Part shown: piece after piece, positions 1 through 14,100 of the stretch
How the letters are laid out: the number at the start of each line of letters is the position of its first letter
How positions within the stretch are numbered: position 1 is the first letter of the stretch
Source of the DNA: Nemertoderma westbladi
Taxonomy: Eukaryota; Animalia; Xenacoelomorpha
Assembly (NCBI GenBank): GCA_032718475.1
Contig: JAUCBJ010008704.1
Span: forward strand, 1-60,268
Reading direction: 5' to 3'
Length of the DNA stretch: 60,268 nt
Made by a program: the position numbers and the translations under genes
The notes under the pieces: model-generated
Database searches by the model: none
The model's input: only the letters and a program-made list of their open reading frames with translations
Told to the model about the DNA's origin: nothing

Positions 1-817
1 TTTACAGTTTTGAATCTAATCACATGAAAAAGTTTTTTTATATGATAGATCAAAGATGGGGCAACATAACTATCAGGCGAAATTTTGTGAAAATAATTCT
101 GCACCGCTAGGTGGCGCTGTAAATTTATGCGAATTTTTTAGGTTTGTTATAAATAGTATTAAATTTTATGAACAAAAAATTTCGAAAAGTTGTCTGATTC
201 TTTTATGCAGGGTGGCTATGTAGACACGCACAGAAAATTTCGAATTTTTGAAATAATTAAAATCTATGATAGCTGAGATGATGAAGATCTCAACTATGTA
301 TTTTTCATGTAGGCCTATAATTGAATTATTTTTATATTACTAAATAATTAATTTACATAATAATAAGGCAGTGATTTCGCCAGGCAATTATGTCAAGCAA
401 ATTATTATTGGGCAGTGAGTGAGATAGTTTCATTTACATAATGACAGCAGTCAATGCAGGCTATTAGTCGCCTCAGCCCTAATTAAAACTGTCATGTAGG
501 CCTAACCCTAAGTCAGAGTCTAATAAATTCCGCTAAATTTCATAGATTATGACTTAGGGTTAGCGTTACATGACAATTTTAATTATGGTCGAGGCCTTAC
601 CAACTAACCCTAACCAAAATAATAAACGAACAAAATAACCGCCTGGTTTGTACCCTTTGACTCGTTGTACCCTTTCATGTTCAACCCTTTGACTCGTGGT
701 ACCCATTGACCTAAAGCGATACAATGCTGCAGTGCAGCCAGCAGTGACCACACAACCAGGCTGTCAGGCCGGGACGGTGATTCCAGGATTTCTGAGGCCT
801 AAATAATGGTCGGGATT

Positions 818-1740
818 GGTTGTGTACAAAACACAGACCCAAGACCCCAGACCCCCAGGTACAAAACACAGACCCCCCCAGGTACAAAACACAGACCCCC
901 CCAGGTACAAAACACAGACCCCCCAAGTAAAAAACACAGACCCCCCTAATACTACAGGTAGTATGCTTTAATTTAATTTAATCGTACACCCACCGAGATG
1001 GGGAACTAAACTATGCTTAACTATGCTATGCACACTCAGACACTTAGGCGTACTGTATAATGTAGTAATATACAGTAATCACTAATAATGATTTACAATT
1101 GAATGCCAGAATGCCAAAGTGCCTTTAGGGAACTCTTAAGGATTTATACTACAGTTCCCAAAAAGCACTCTGGCATTTTGGCATTTACGCTGGTTGCAAT
1201 TATTTAGGTACCTGGAAAAAATGCCAAAATGCCAAAGTGCCTTTTGGGAACTATTCGTGTGACTTAGCCACACGTGCTATATGCTACAGTGCTATAGCTG
1301 TATAGGCCTAGCACAGTTCCAATCCTTATCCTGTTATCTGGTTATCGTCGCTGTTGACAGGTTGAAGACTGAAAACATATACCGGTTGCCGCTACTGGCA
1401 GACTGGTAGTACCCGACCCGGTACCGACCCGGAAAAGTGTCAACCTGATTACAGGATTATTAGGTCTGTAGGGCCTACTGCTGTAGTACTACTGCACTGA
1501 GCTGAAGTGTGTGTACTAACTAACCACTAACAATGCCAGCTCACGGCTGTATTGTACGGTAGGTAGTCAGGCAGTGTCAAGAGTTACAGCCAGACACCCC
1601 CCCCCCCTCTGTGGGGTCTGTGTTTTGTACCTGGGGGGGTCTGTGTTTTGTACCTGGGGGGGTCTGTGTTTTGTACCTAGGGGGGTCTGTGTTTTGTACC
1701 TGGGGGTCTGGGGTCTTGGGTCTGTGTTTTGTACACAACC
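818..1740. mobile_element. Mutator-like MITE with long TIRs built from ~24-bp subrepeats
   Basis: Ends GGTTGTGTACAAAACACAGACCC / GGGTCTGTGTTTTGTACACAACC; 10-bp direct repeat GGTCGGGATT at 808-817 and 1741-1750 (TSD length typical of Mutator). Confidence 0.85.
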
Positions 1741-1813
1741 GGTCGGGATTAGTGATTGCGATTTAAAATCATTCCTTAGTGAAGCTGTTGCGCAAATTTG
1801 GTCCAGAAAATAG

Positions 1814-2287
1814 TTGCTGCCGGTGTAACAGGCTGAGATAACTCCCCACCAAATATGACTCCCCAGTCGCCTCTCAGTCTAGGCTGAGATAACTCCCAAA
1901 TATGACTCCCCAGTCCTCTCAGCCTTGGCTGAGATAACTCCCAAATATGACTCCCCAGTCATCTCAGCGTAGTCTGAGAACACTCCACTTTTCTCCCTAG
2001 ATTTCTTAATTAACGGAAAGGAGCACGTTACAGTGGCGGGCTTTTCTAACCAAAACAATAAACGATATCTCAATAACATAGGTTACAGTTTTATTTTTGC
2101 AATATACGAAAATAACACAGGTACGGATATGAATTATAACTCAATTAGGGGTGTCATCTCAGCCTTAAGTGGAGTGTTCTCAGCCTAGGCTGAGACGACT
2201 GAGGAGAGGAGTGTTCTCAGCCTAGGCTGAGATGACTGGGGAGTCATTTTAAGAGGGAGTTATCTCAGCCTTGTACACCGGCAGCAA
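1814..2287. mobile_element. MITE with imperfect TIRs and internal GGCTGAGATAACTCCC subrepeats
   Basis: TTGCTGCCGGTGTA at left, TACACCGGCAGCAA at right; no clear TSD. Related sequence with inverted repeats at ~34420-34675. Confidence 0.65.
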
Positions 2288-2339
2288 GATCTAAATTTGG
2301 TCACTATCCTTGGTCAATGAGAAGTTTGCCTTAGCGGTT

Positions 2340-2700
2340 GAAGTTTTTTTTGACATTATAGTTACATCAATTATAATGTTGATATTAAAACCGTTCGCGA
2401 TGCTTTAAAGGAGATTGTGGGTCATGGTCTTGGAAAATAGTTGGGATATATGGCAATGAATTTGAAGCTTCGCACTGTTTATAATATCTGTGTTCTTCGA
2501 TATTATATCGTATATGAACTAATGAAATAAGAGTACCCGGATACTGGAAAAACGGTGCCTATAGAAAACCGTAAACGGGACCATAATGGAGCATTCCATT
2601 CAAAGGGGCCTTTGTGGTTGGTATCCGGGGATGGGCATGATAAATTGTGCGGGTATCAGAGAACTCAACGTTTCCCTTAGCTATTTACGGATTCCAAGAG
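2340..2700 (+). pseudogene. Decayed integrase-core (DDE-type) transposase fragment
   Basis: Translation with stops and a frameshift: LGYMAMNLKLR...FHSKGPLWLVSGDGHDKLCGYQ..STFPLAIYG, resembling the GP..W..DGHDKL motif of eukaryotic integrase-core transposases. Confidence 0.6.
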
Positions 2701-2747
2701 TCGTTCTCGAGAAAATTATTACTACCGGTACTGAGAGTTATGAAGTC

Positions 2748-3362
2748 AAGCCAAGCTTTGACCAAGCTCTAACAATGCTTTGAGCGAGCTCTAACCCAGC
2801 TTTGAACAAGCTCTAACAAAGCTTTGACCAAGCTCTAACAAAGCTTTGATCAAGCTCTAACAAAGCTTTGAACAAGCTCTAACAAGGCTTTGACCAAGCT
2901 CTAACAAAGCTTTGACCGAGCTCTAATCCAACTTTGACCAAGCTCTAACAAAGCTTTAACCAAGGTCTAACAAAGCTTTGACCAAGCTCTAACAAAGCTT
3001 TGACCGAGCTCTAACCCAGCTTTGACCAAGCTCTAACAAAGCTTTGACCAAGCTCTAACAAAGCTTTGACCAAGCTCTAACAAAGCTTTGATCAAGCTCT
3101 TACTGGACCATAAGCTTTAACAAAGCTTTGACCAACACTAACAAAGCTTTGACCAAGGTCTAACAAAGCTTTGACCAAGGTCTAACAAAGCTTTGACCAA
3201 GCTCTAACAAAGCTTTGACCAAGCTCTAACAAAGCTTTGAACAAACTCTAACAAAGCTTTGATCGAGCTCTTACCCAACTCTGACCAAGCTCTAACAAAG
3301 CTTTGAACAAGCCCTAACAAAGCTTTGACCGAGCCCTATTCAAGCTTTGACCATGCTCTAAT
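2748..3362. repeat. 22-bp minisatellite (GCTTTGACCAAGCTCTAACAAA)n
   Basis: About 27 tandem copies visible. Confidence 0.95.
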
Positions 3363-3456
3363 CACTTTTGAGGTAGTGATATTAAAGTTAATGAACTACT
3401 GGTACAATATCTTTGGCCAGTCTCTACAGTAGAATCACATGCCTAATCAAACAAAC

Positions 3457-3641
3457 CCCAATACAAAGAAGTCATCTCTTTGTTTATCCAAATCGTTCAA
3501 TTTTTCATAAGCAAGATAGATCTTATCTTTTATATCTTTAATGACTTCCTTAGCAGCAACTCCAGCAGTGGTCCACAATCGTATAATGTCGTCTATTTCT
3601 GAGACAGACACTAATTGTCGTACTTGAAACCTTTGGAAAAT
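3457..3641 (-). CDS. Putative internal (or terminal) exon of an unidentified host gene
   Basis: Acceptor ttataattttcag, open frame IFQRFQVRQLVSVSEIDDIIRLWTTAGVAAKEVIKDIKDKIYLAYEKLNDLDKQRDDFFVL, then donor GTTTGT (or stop at 3447). Protein not recognised. Confidence 0.5.
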
Positions 3642-4262
3642 CTGAAAATTATAAATAACAGTGTAATATTTATATAATAGCAGTTGCTTGGCAGCCTATT
3701 ACAGTAAGTACTGTAGTAGGCCTATTGTTTTTCACTATTTACAATTCTAACTGTTGAGGACACGGACACCAAATCTCCGGATGGAATATTCATAAGAATG
3801 ATACGCCAGGTTCACTGTGTTCACCGTTGGAGGTGTCTCTTTGGTTCCCACAAGCTTGACACTAGAACAAAGCTGCCTCCGCTTTTCAGGACATTATGCT
3901 TTCGCCGTGAGGACCAGCCACAGCATAATCTTGTGCTTTGGCGGCCTCATGGAGAAAATAAGCATAGTGGACAGCCATGGCATTTGTGAGACGCCTCCTA
4001 AAGGACACTGGCCTTAAAGACGTGGATAATCTCGCGAAAGTCATGGGGGGATAGGGAGTTGTGGAGGTGCAACTTTGTTGATAAGCTGACATAGCATTCT
4101 TTAATGCACGCTGCATTGGACTTGCCAATTGTGGATTGCATGGTGGTGACAAAAATAGTTTTATTAAGCCAGCATAGCATCTCAATGTGCAGTTTCAATG
4201 CAGCAGGCCGATTATAGTACAGTAGTTAGTCTCGCCCCACATTTTCCATTCCGACTAAATGA

Positions 4263-4512
4263 CTAAAGCAAAGCAAGCAAACAGTCGGCTGCGGCCGGAG
4301 GCGACCCGAAGGCTCCTCTTTTGATAGCTACTTGTCCTACCCAAGGGTACGGGTGGGTGCTACTTCTTTCCATTATTTTGCTCCGAGTATTTTAACTGGT
4401 ACTGATTTTATTGACCCAGTGGATGAAAGGCTGAGCTGAGTTGACCCTGGCACTTGGCAGGGCTGAACCTACGACCAATAGATTGCAGGCCCGGCGCTCA
4501 ACCAACTGAGTT
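4263..4512 (-). mobile_element. tRNA-derived SINE
   Basis: Minus strand: A-box-like CTCAGTTGGTTGAGCG, B-box-like GGTTCAGCCC, central GGTCAACTCAG..CCTTTCATCC..GGGTCAATAAAATCAGTACC resembling a conserved animal SINE central domain, short (TTGC)n tail. Confidence 0.7.
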
Positions 4513-4615
4513 TGGCTCGGAGAAAATAAAAAAAGAAAGGAAACCACAAAACTTCTATTTTTCATTCTTCCTTAGGCATCATTATAATTAAATGTGAACT
4601 AAGTGCCTGAACCAA

Positions 4616-5552
4616 GGGTGCATGTAAAGCGCGGACTGCGGACTACGGACTGCGGATTGCCAAAATCCACACGGTCAATTTGAATTATCGACTTCCAAAC
4701 TAAGAATCCGTTCTTTGTTGTCTGGACAAATGGCGGACTGAAGCCGGTAAATTGTAACCTGATTGACTCATCATTTACATAGACTGAAAGGGATCTTAAA
4801 GAATGAATCAGCCCATTGCAGCATTGGTTTTTAAATGTTTACCATTGTGCAACACTGTAATACAGGAAATAATTATCCTATACAATAATTACGTGGACTG
4901 TTGATTAAGGGACTACTATGTACTAGCGGCGAACCTATACCTACTGAGGACTACAGTACTGGCGAACCTATACCTCTACTGTAAATACAGTAGTAATCAG
5001 GTATTAATTTCCTAAACTTTCACATCAAGGCAATCTCATCTTACGTAAGCCTGGATGTATTATAGTAAGTTTAGTTTTGGACGTTTAATAATAGGCCTAC
5101 TACACGTGCAATACGGGTGCCATCGATTACGTTTACTTATTATACTTAGTTTTAGTTTGAATTAATCGAAAACTTCAACCGGCTGACCAGTAGCCGGTAG
5201 GCCAATAGTACATGCCTGCTGACGGCAGCTTAATTGATACCGCACCGGTAGTCCTACTTAATTACTTACAGTATAATTATACTGTAGCAATGTTGGAATA
5301 TTGTTTGTGTTTCCATCTCTATGTGTCACAATGAAAACATTTAAGCCAATAAGAGGATTCAGGAAAGTTCCCTTTGGGCCTATGTAAATGATTGAGCCAA
5401 TCAGGTTACAATTGTCTGGCTTCAGTCTGTCAGTCCGCCGTTTGTCCAGACAACAAAGAGCGGATTCTTACATTATAATGCTATAATTCAAATTGACCGC
5501 GCATATTTGGGCTTTTAATTGACAATCCGCAGTCCGCTCTTTACATGCACCC
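4616..5552. mobile_element. Mutator-like MITE with ~200-bp diverged TIRs
   Basis: GGGTGCATGTAAAG / CTTTACATGCACCC ends; 9-bp TSD CTGAACCAA at 4607-4615 and 5553-5561. Confidence 0.85.
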
Positions 5553-5655
5553 CTGAACCAAGGCCATCTAAACTTATTTTGATGGCCTTGGCCTGAACTA
5601 AGTACTGGTAGCGGTACTGGCTGACTAGCTGTACCTGGCTGCCGGGGAATGGCAC

Positions 5656-6202
5656 CCATGCTGCAAACCACCACTGAACCGCGCACAACGCCTGCGCACA
5701 ATTTTTCACCCGCGCAATATTGGACAATGCGCATGCACCGAAAAAAAACACGCACATGGCACACCACATTTTAACAAAAAAAAAACGCATTTTAACGAAA
5801 AACATATGCGAGCAAAGCGAGCAAAATTTTTTCATTAACAATTTAAAATGAAAAAGATACGCGAGCAAAACTCAAAGTGAGCGAAATTTCTGAATTTAGA
5901 CATTTGGGCAATCTGACAATGCAAAATGCAAAGAAACGCGAGCGAAGCGGGCGAAATTTTTTGTGGCGAATTATTTTTTTCACTTTGCATGCATGAAAAA
6001 CTTTTTTACACCTCATCTGCCTGTCCGCGCACTTTATCGCTTTTGATATTTTGCACAGATTAGGCCTACTGCGCACTTTTGTTGTCTTTCACATAATTTC
6101 GCGCACTTTTATTTCAATTCCGCGCGCTTTTACCGCGCACTATTTCAAATACGCGCACAACGCGTTGCGATTTTTGCACTTCATTTGTAGCTTGTAGCCT
6201 GG
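5656..6202. mobile_element. Non-autonomous DNA transposon with 8-bp TSD (hAT- or P-like)
   Basis: AATGGCAC at 5648-5655 and 6203-6210; imperfect TIR CCATGCTGCAAAC versus reverse complement CCAGGCTACAAGC; CGCGCA-rich subterminal repeats. Confidence 0.65.
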
Positions 6203-6662
6203 AATGGCACTAGGCCTACTGCAGTACTCAGTCAGTACCGGTACTGCCGGACTGCAGCTGATGCATTTCTACGTGGCAGCTTGGACGGTCCGACGCCCGA
6301 CAGTAGATTTTCTTTGGCGCACCTCCAGACCTCAATTTATAGTACATCGTATGATGTACTGATGTATGGCATTATGGACTGATGGCTGTACAGCTGTATG
6401 AGCCCTATGAGGCACTACAGCACTACGGTCTGACGGTAGGCCTATCGTCTATCTAGCTACCGTTATCTCTAACTGTCTATAAATAATCACACTATTAAGA
6501 TGTAGGCCAATCTGTCTGTGTATCAAGAAAACATGCCACTGTTGACTGTAACCCGTTCCTTTCCTTAAATTTATAGGCCTAATTGACATTGCTGCAATGT
6601 AGATCTGTACATTATCCGAGCTCGAGATTAAGATATTAGGCTAATTCTTAGAGATGTGATTT

Positions 6663-7663
6663 TAGTCGAGTCAATCTAGCAAAAAACCCATAAGTATTTC
6701 GCAATCAATCCGAACCACATATTTTGGATTCTATATTACCTTATAAATGACCAAAAAATGTCTACAAAATTTTATTTTGCGGATCATATGTTTATTCATG
6801 GAAATTCTGCATAAATTTGCATAACACAGGCCAAACAAAAGGAACAGTAGGGAAAAGTAAGTAGCAAATTGGTGATGTTCCAGAGTAATTTAATTAATTT
6901 CACAATAAGCTGTGATTCAATGGGAAATTAGTAATGTTTGCACTGGCGTGTTACACATTAATTGCTATATCTCAGTAACTAGAAGTCGTATCAAATTTTT
7001 AAATATATCAAAAACTTCACGATATATTAAGCTAACTGTTGTAAAATAATTATACAATTCCACTGCAAGGAAATTTCATAATTTCCATTAATGTTAGTGA
7101 AGATTTTTCACATACTTAAATCAGTAAATTGTGATTGCTCTATTGATTTAAGGTGTAATTTATTTATTTGTTTTAGTTTGAAAACCACAATAGTTTATCA
7201 TATAACAAATAAATTTTTTGGGGATAAGGGTTTTTGATGTCGATAAATCCGATGGGCGAGGTTACATCCACCCGTTTAGTAGAGAAGTTGCGTATATAAG
7301 CTCCCTATATTGTACCAGCAAAATTGGTATTAAAAATGGTTAAATTATTAGACAAATTTCCGTTGCTCTGGAAACTAAATTGGTAACTATATAGAAGTGC
7401 ATACATCTGTCAAGCGATAGTCATTAGAGTAAAGTTTGTCTGTACCAAATTTGGAGAAAATCCCACCAATAGACCCCTTGTTGCTATGTAAAATCCATGT
7501 TGCTAAGGAAAGAAACAGGTAATTGAAGGTGATCCGCATTATATATTTTTATAGACTGTTTTGGGGGTATTAACAAGGTAATGTAGAATAAAAAAATATG
7601 GTTTGGATGAATTGCGAATTTGTTATGGGTTGACCCCCTTTTTCGGCTAGATTGACTCGCCTA
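6663..7663. mobile_element. ~1-kb non-autonomous DNA transposon with short TIRs
   Basis: TAGTCGAGTCAATCTAGC / GCTAGATTGACTCGCCTA; TSD not resolved. Confidence 0.55.
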
Positions 7664-8153
7664 TTGTGTCAACAACCCCCCCCCCCTGCCCCATGCAGCC
7701 CTGCCCCTTGTATGCTTGTCTCGAACTACAGAATTAACTACACGCAATTTAAAGCTCATTTTTGAATATTTTGTGTTGAATATTATTTAAATATGAATAT
7801 TTTTTGAATATATTATTTTATTATGAGCTGAGCTAAGTTGAGTTGAATATCGAAATATATTTTTTGGACCACCACGCATTACAGGTCTATTATTCACCGC
7901 CGGCAGCCAAGCCAAGCAAGCTGGTACCTTTACCTTTCAGCCTTTATAGTACTGTAGTCTGGTAGTAGGCATAGGTGCCCACCCCCCCCCCCCCCCCCCC
8001 CCCCCTCCCCCCACCCGCCCTATTCTGATTCTTATCCCACCCTAGACCTTACTGCCTTACCGAACGTTTGTAACATAGGCCATCAATATGTGATCTAACA
8101 TTCTTTTATATGGCCTCACATTATGTCGTGGTGTTCAATACTACCGTTATATA

Positions 8154-11100
8154 ATGGGATGTTATCGAGCTAAAGATGAATCATCAAATGCGCTAGAGAA
8201 AAAGATTGCTAAAGAGCAAGAAAAACTCAAACTGATATTTATTCAACAATTACGAACAGATTTAAGAAACATGCTTGATCTCGGAAATCTCACTGATCTC
8301 AATTTTATTATCGATGGGAAGTCTTTTAAGGCTCATTACACGATACTAAAAATACGAGCGCCAGAATTTTGTGACGATTTCATACCGGATAGCAATCCTA
8401 GCGGGAACATAAACTTAGACTACATTGATCACAACGATTTTGAGAAGTTTTTGGTTTCTGTTTATACATTCGATGATTTAAGGTGGTGTCGCAAAAAAAT
8501 ACGGGAATGGATTATATTGAAGGAATCGGCCCAAGATCAGCCAGCCTCCGAGTGCGGCCAACGTGGAGATGAATCTGATGCTGCTATTGTTCCTCCTAAT
8601 GATATTACCGAAATTACCAGCGATGGTCTGAAAGTTATTATTAGTACAGATAATGAACAACACAATAGGTCTCATAGTTTAGTTTTGGACCACATTAACG
8701 AATGTAACCAACTCGAAACCACAGATGACGATTCGAAATTGTCAGTCGAGATTGAAGAATCATCTATGCCGGGTACCGATACTCAAAATCATTCGAATGG
8801 AGAATTTCAAGAAAATGCTGTTCCATTGTGTCCGATAAATAATCTCCTTACTGCTACGATGGCGGATACCGAAAGCAGTCACTATGTTAGCTGTTCGGAC
8901 CCGGATAGTCTGGACTGCAGTTTTGAAGGGGAAAATAATTTCGGTGCCGAAGATTTGGATGAAATTTATAGAAGCAAATGTGGCGATGTTTATACAAATA
9001 CGAAGAACGCGACTACAGTAACCACTGTGGAAGGTGGTAGTAATGTTATATTTCCTCTACAAGATATCCCAATGGTTGATGATATTAGAGCTACTGATGA
9101 TGTTCCTACTGCCGCTGATCATTCAGATCAAGTAGCACCTCCAGTTACTGATCCCCCGGGACTCGATCTAATAAACGACAATGTCCTCCCGAACTATCTA
9201 GACTCATCGACTCCCAATGCGATACCCCAACTCAAAGCCGCCTCCCCTCTGACCCCTCAGCCGCCTCATTACCCCCCGGAAATCATCGCAGCTGCTACGC
9301 AACACCTAATCGCTCAGCAAATGATCTCAACCCAACAGTTGATACAACAGCAGATGCTGTTCAATCAGACGATGTTGAATAGGATATCTATGGGTGATGG
9401 GCAGTCGAATGGGGGGAATCCAGTGGCCGGATCGGAGTTGGCGGCTACCTGGGAAAGTCAACAACAAAGCGAAACCTCAGCAGACATCGAGCAGGATGAA
9501 CCGGCCGATGTTTTAGAAACTCTAGATCAAGATGAGTTTGAGGAACTTGCCGACGATGTAGCAGCCTACGAGGATGAGAAACCTAGACTGCCCAGCCCTG
9601 TTTGCTTCTACATCGACTTTAAGAATGACAAGAGCTCGGACGCAACCAAACTGGAGAAATCCGATGTAGAGAAAGTTTATCCGACCCAAAAAGCTTATCC
9701 GTTGGGACAGAAACATTCGAGTTCTGCGAGGAATCTATCGATGAGTTCCGCTGCTTTGGGTCGGTCGACTAGTCAGGTCGACGACTTCTCTACGGGAGAC
9801 TCCAACTTATCCGGGGATTTGCTCTCCCTATATACCTCGCAATCCGGCTGCGACTGTCAACTAATAATCGAAGGGAAATCCATCGGGGCTCATAAATTTA
9901 TACTGAGCGGACGATCGACTTATTTCGCGGGTTTGTTAGAGAAATCTTCGGAGATTTCGTTGGATATTTCCCACACCGAGGCCGATTTCCTTTTGAGGTT
10001 TATTTACGGGGCTTGTGCGGATATTCCTCGAGGATTCTCTATATCTGATCTTTTCGATTTGTCCGAAACTTTCCTTATTCCTGGTATTAATGATTTAGCT
10101 CAACATGAAATAAAGAAGATTTGTTTTCATTTCTTTCACACGCCGTGTCCCCAATGTTTAGCTACATTCGCCGACGGATTGAAACTTTGTTTGCAATACA
10201 ATTGCGAATCGCTTGTGAATGTCGCACTCAAATGGATGTCGAAACACTTTGTAAAGTTTTTGTCTTCCCACGCCTTTCACTTGATGCCTCAAGAAATACA
10301 GGATGAATACTTTGTAGTTGTCAGTGATGATGTTAATTGTGAAAATGTGTTGCAATATTTACTTAAATGTGAAAAGTTGGTTGTCAGTTGCCCGAAGGTA
10401 AAGTGGTCGCCGCAAATCCGTTCAGTTGGAAGAAAATTGGTAGGAAAGTGTATTCAGCTTATAATTGATAACTTCGCAAGTTATTCTTCCAGTGATAACT
10501 TTGTTATCTTACTTGAGGGTCAGACTTGGTCCGACGATATTATTGAGCAACTGTGTGAAACATTAACATCAAACGTAGGGCGCGATTCGGTTGTCGCTAT
10601 TTTTAATGCTCTGATATGTTTGGAAGATGGTGAAAAATTACCAGTTGACTGCTCAGAAAAATCTATAAATAGTCTACATAACGTGCGCGAAAGGTGTTTG
10701 CATTATTTAATTCGTAATGTTAATACTATTATTCACCATTCGTCATGGATTAATCTCCCTAAATCGTATCAGGATAAAATAAAAAGTGATGCGGTGTTTG
10801 TGGACGAAACAGCTGTGAAGCGAAGTAAAAAGCCGCCAGTACTATCCAGTTCAAGTAAAGAGACCAGCAAGAAAAGAGACAACATTGGAACCCAAAGTCC
10901 AAAATCGACCAGGGCCGAAAAGTCGCTTAAGCCACCTCAAGGTAAATCAAAAGATTCCACTAATTTAACATTTGTAAAATATGATGAGGATACTAGCAAT
11001 GCTGATGTTGTAAAACCTACTAAGAATACGTTGGATGCCTGTATTAGAAAAGGTGAGGCAAATAAGGATATTGAAAGTGATAACCCTAAGGTGAAAGTCT

Positions 11101-14100
11101 CGAAAAGCAAAACCAGCAAAATTGGAAAAACCGAGAAAAACACAGTTGGAGATACAACAAAAAATGCCTCAGGCAAACCTGAACCAACCAAGGGCGACAC
11201 ATATGAATCAACAAACAGTATCACAGACAGGGAACCAAAAAAAAGAGCAGCAGGCAAAGAAGAAAAAACTGGCACAGCCAAAATCGACACATGCATTGCT
11301 GCACCAACCAATACCGCCACAGGTGAAGCTGAACCAATCAAAAGTGCGACAGGCAAAGCAGAAAATACCGACGCGGAAAACACTGAACAAAAACAAATCG
11401 CCACATGCAATGCTGGAACAACTGCAGCCACTACTGAATCAAGAAATTCCGATACAGTCAAAGACAAACCGCCAATAAATAGTACCACGCGCAAGGCTGA
11501 ACCAGCAAAAGGCGATAAAGGTGATGCTGAACCTATAAATACCGACACATGCAAAGCTGAATCAACAAAGACTGACAAAAGCGTAGCTGGACCACTAAAA
11601 AGGGCCACATGCGAATCAGAACCAACAAAGACAGATTCAGGAAAATTTAAAACAATAAAAAGCACCAGTGGAAATGCTGAACTAACAAAATGCGCTACTG
11701 GTAAAGTTGAACCAACAAAAAGCAATACCGGTAAAGCTGAACCATCAAAAAGCACCATTGGTAAAGCTGAACAAGCACAAAGCACCACCGGTAAAGCTGA
11801 ACACGCAAAAAGCACCACCGGTAAAGCTGAACAAGCAAAAAGCACCACCGGTAAAGCTGAACAAGCAAAAAGCACCACCGGTAAAGCTGAACAAGCAAAA
11901 AGCACCACCGGTAAAGCTGAACAAGCAAAAAGCAACACAGGTAAAGCTGAACAAGCAAAAAGCACCATTGGTAAATCTGAACAAGAAAAAAACACCACAG
12001 TCAAAGCTGAACAAGCAAAAAGCACCACCGGTAAAGCTGAAGAAGCAAAAAGCACCATTGGTAAAGCTGAAAAAGAAAAAAATACCGCAGTCAAAGCTGA
12101 ACAAGCAAAAAGCACCACAGGTAAAGCTGAAATAGCAAAAAGCAACACAGGTAAAGCTGAAACATCAAAAAGCACCACCAGTAAAGCTGATCCAACAAAA
12201 AGCAACACCGGTAAAGCTGAACAAGAAAAAAACACCACAGTTAAAGCTGAACCAACAAAAAGCAACACCGGTAAAGCTGAACCAGCAAAAAGCACCATTG
12301 GTAAAGCTGAAAAAGAAAAAAACACCGCAGTCAAAGCTGAACAAGCAAAAAGCAACACCGGTAAACCTGAAACAGCAAAAAGAACCTCAGGTAAAGCTGA
12401 ACAAGAAAAAAACACCAAAGTCAAAACCGTAGCCTCAAAAAGCGTCACAGGCAAGGATGTAACAACTAATGCCGACACAGTAAAACCTGAACCGCTAAAA
12501 AATAATAAAGGTAAAGCTGAACCAACAAATGATGATCTTATTGGGCCAACAAAAAACACCACGGACAATGCAGAACCAATAAAAAGCGCCACAGAAATAA
12601 CTGAACAAACAAAAAGCGGCACGACAAACAAAGATGAACGTATGGAGACATATAATCAACATGAAACTAATAATTATCAGATGAATGTTCCGGAGTCTGA
12701 CATAAATCTGCTTATGTTAATTTCTCCAAAAAATGACAACAACAATGTTGCAGAAAGTCTCACAGGTAAAGATGAATCGGCAGAAAACCCTTCAAACAAA
12801 CTTGAATCAGCAGAAAGCCCTTCAAACAAACTTGAATCAACAGAAAGCCCTTCAAATAAACTTGAATCAACAGAAAACCCTTCAAACAAACTTGAATCAG
12901 CAGAAAACCCTTCAAACAAACTTGAATCAACAGAAAGCCCTTCAAATAAACTTGAATCAGCAGAAAACCCTTCAAACAAACATGAATCAACAGAAAGCCC
13001 TTCAAACAAACTTGAATCAACAGAAAGCTCTTCAAACAAACTTGAATCAGCAGAAAGCCCTTCAAACAAACTTGAATCAACAGAAAGCCCTTCAAATAAA
13101 CTTGAATCAGCAGAAAACCTTTCAAACAAGCTTAAATCAGCAGAAAGTCCTTCAAACAAACTTGAATCAGCAGAAAGCCCTTCAAACAAACTTGAATCAG
13201 CAGAAAGCCCTTCAAACAAACTTGAATCAGCAGAAAGCCCTTCAAACAAACTTGAATCAACAGAAAGCCCTTCAAATAAACTTGAATCAGCAGAAAACCT
13301 TTCAAACAAGCTTGAATCAGCAGAAAGTCCTTCAAACAAACTTGAATCAGCAGAAAGCCCTTCAAACAAACTTGAATCAGCAGAAAGCCCTTCAAACAAA
13401 CTTAAATCAGCAGAAAGCTCTTCAAACAAACTTGAATTAGCAGAAAGCCCTTCAAACAAACTTGAATCAGCAGAAAGCCCTTCAAACAAACTTGAATCAG
13501 CAGAGAGCCCTTCAAACAAACTTGAATCAGCAGAAAGCCCTTCAAACAAACTTGAATCAGCAGAAAGCCCTTCAAACAAACTTGAATCAGCAGAAAGCCC
13601 TTCAAACAAACTTGAATCAACAGAAAGCCCTTCAAATAAACTTGAATCAGCAGAAAACCTTTCAAACAAGCTTGAATCAGCAGAAAGTCCTTCAAACAAA
13701 CTTGAATCAGCAGAAAGCCCTTCAAACAAACTTGAATCAGCAGAAAGCCCTTCAAACAAACTTAAATCAGCAGAAAGCTCTTCAAACAAACTTGAATTAG
13801 CAGAAAGCCCTTCAAACAAACTTGAATCAGCGGAAAGCCCTTCAAACAAACTTGAATTAGCAGAAAGCCCTTCAAACAAACTTGAATCAACAGAAAGCCC
13901 TTCAAACAAACTTGAATCAGCAGAAAACCCTTCAAACAAACTTGAATCAGCAGAAAACCCTTCAAACAAACTTGAATCAGCAGAAAGCCCTTCAAACAAA
14001 CTTGAATTAGCAGAAAGCCCTTCAAACAAACTTGAATCAACTGAAAGCCCTTCAAACAAACTTGAATCAGCAGAAAGCCCTTCAAACAAACTTGAATCAG

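Noticed and set aside
3750-4210. Overlapping short ORFs in a GC-richer patch
   Set aside because: No recognisable motif; probably a decayed TE fragment.
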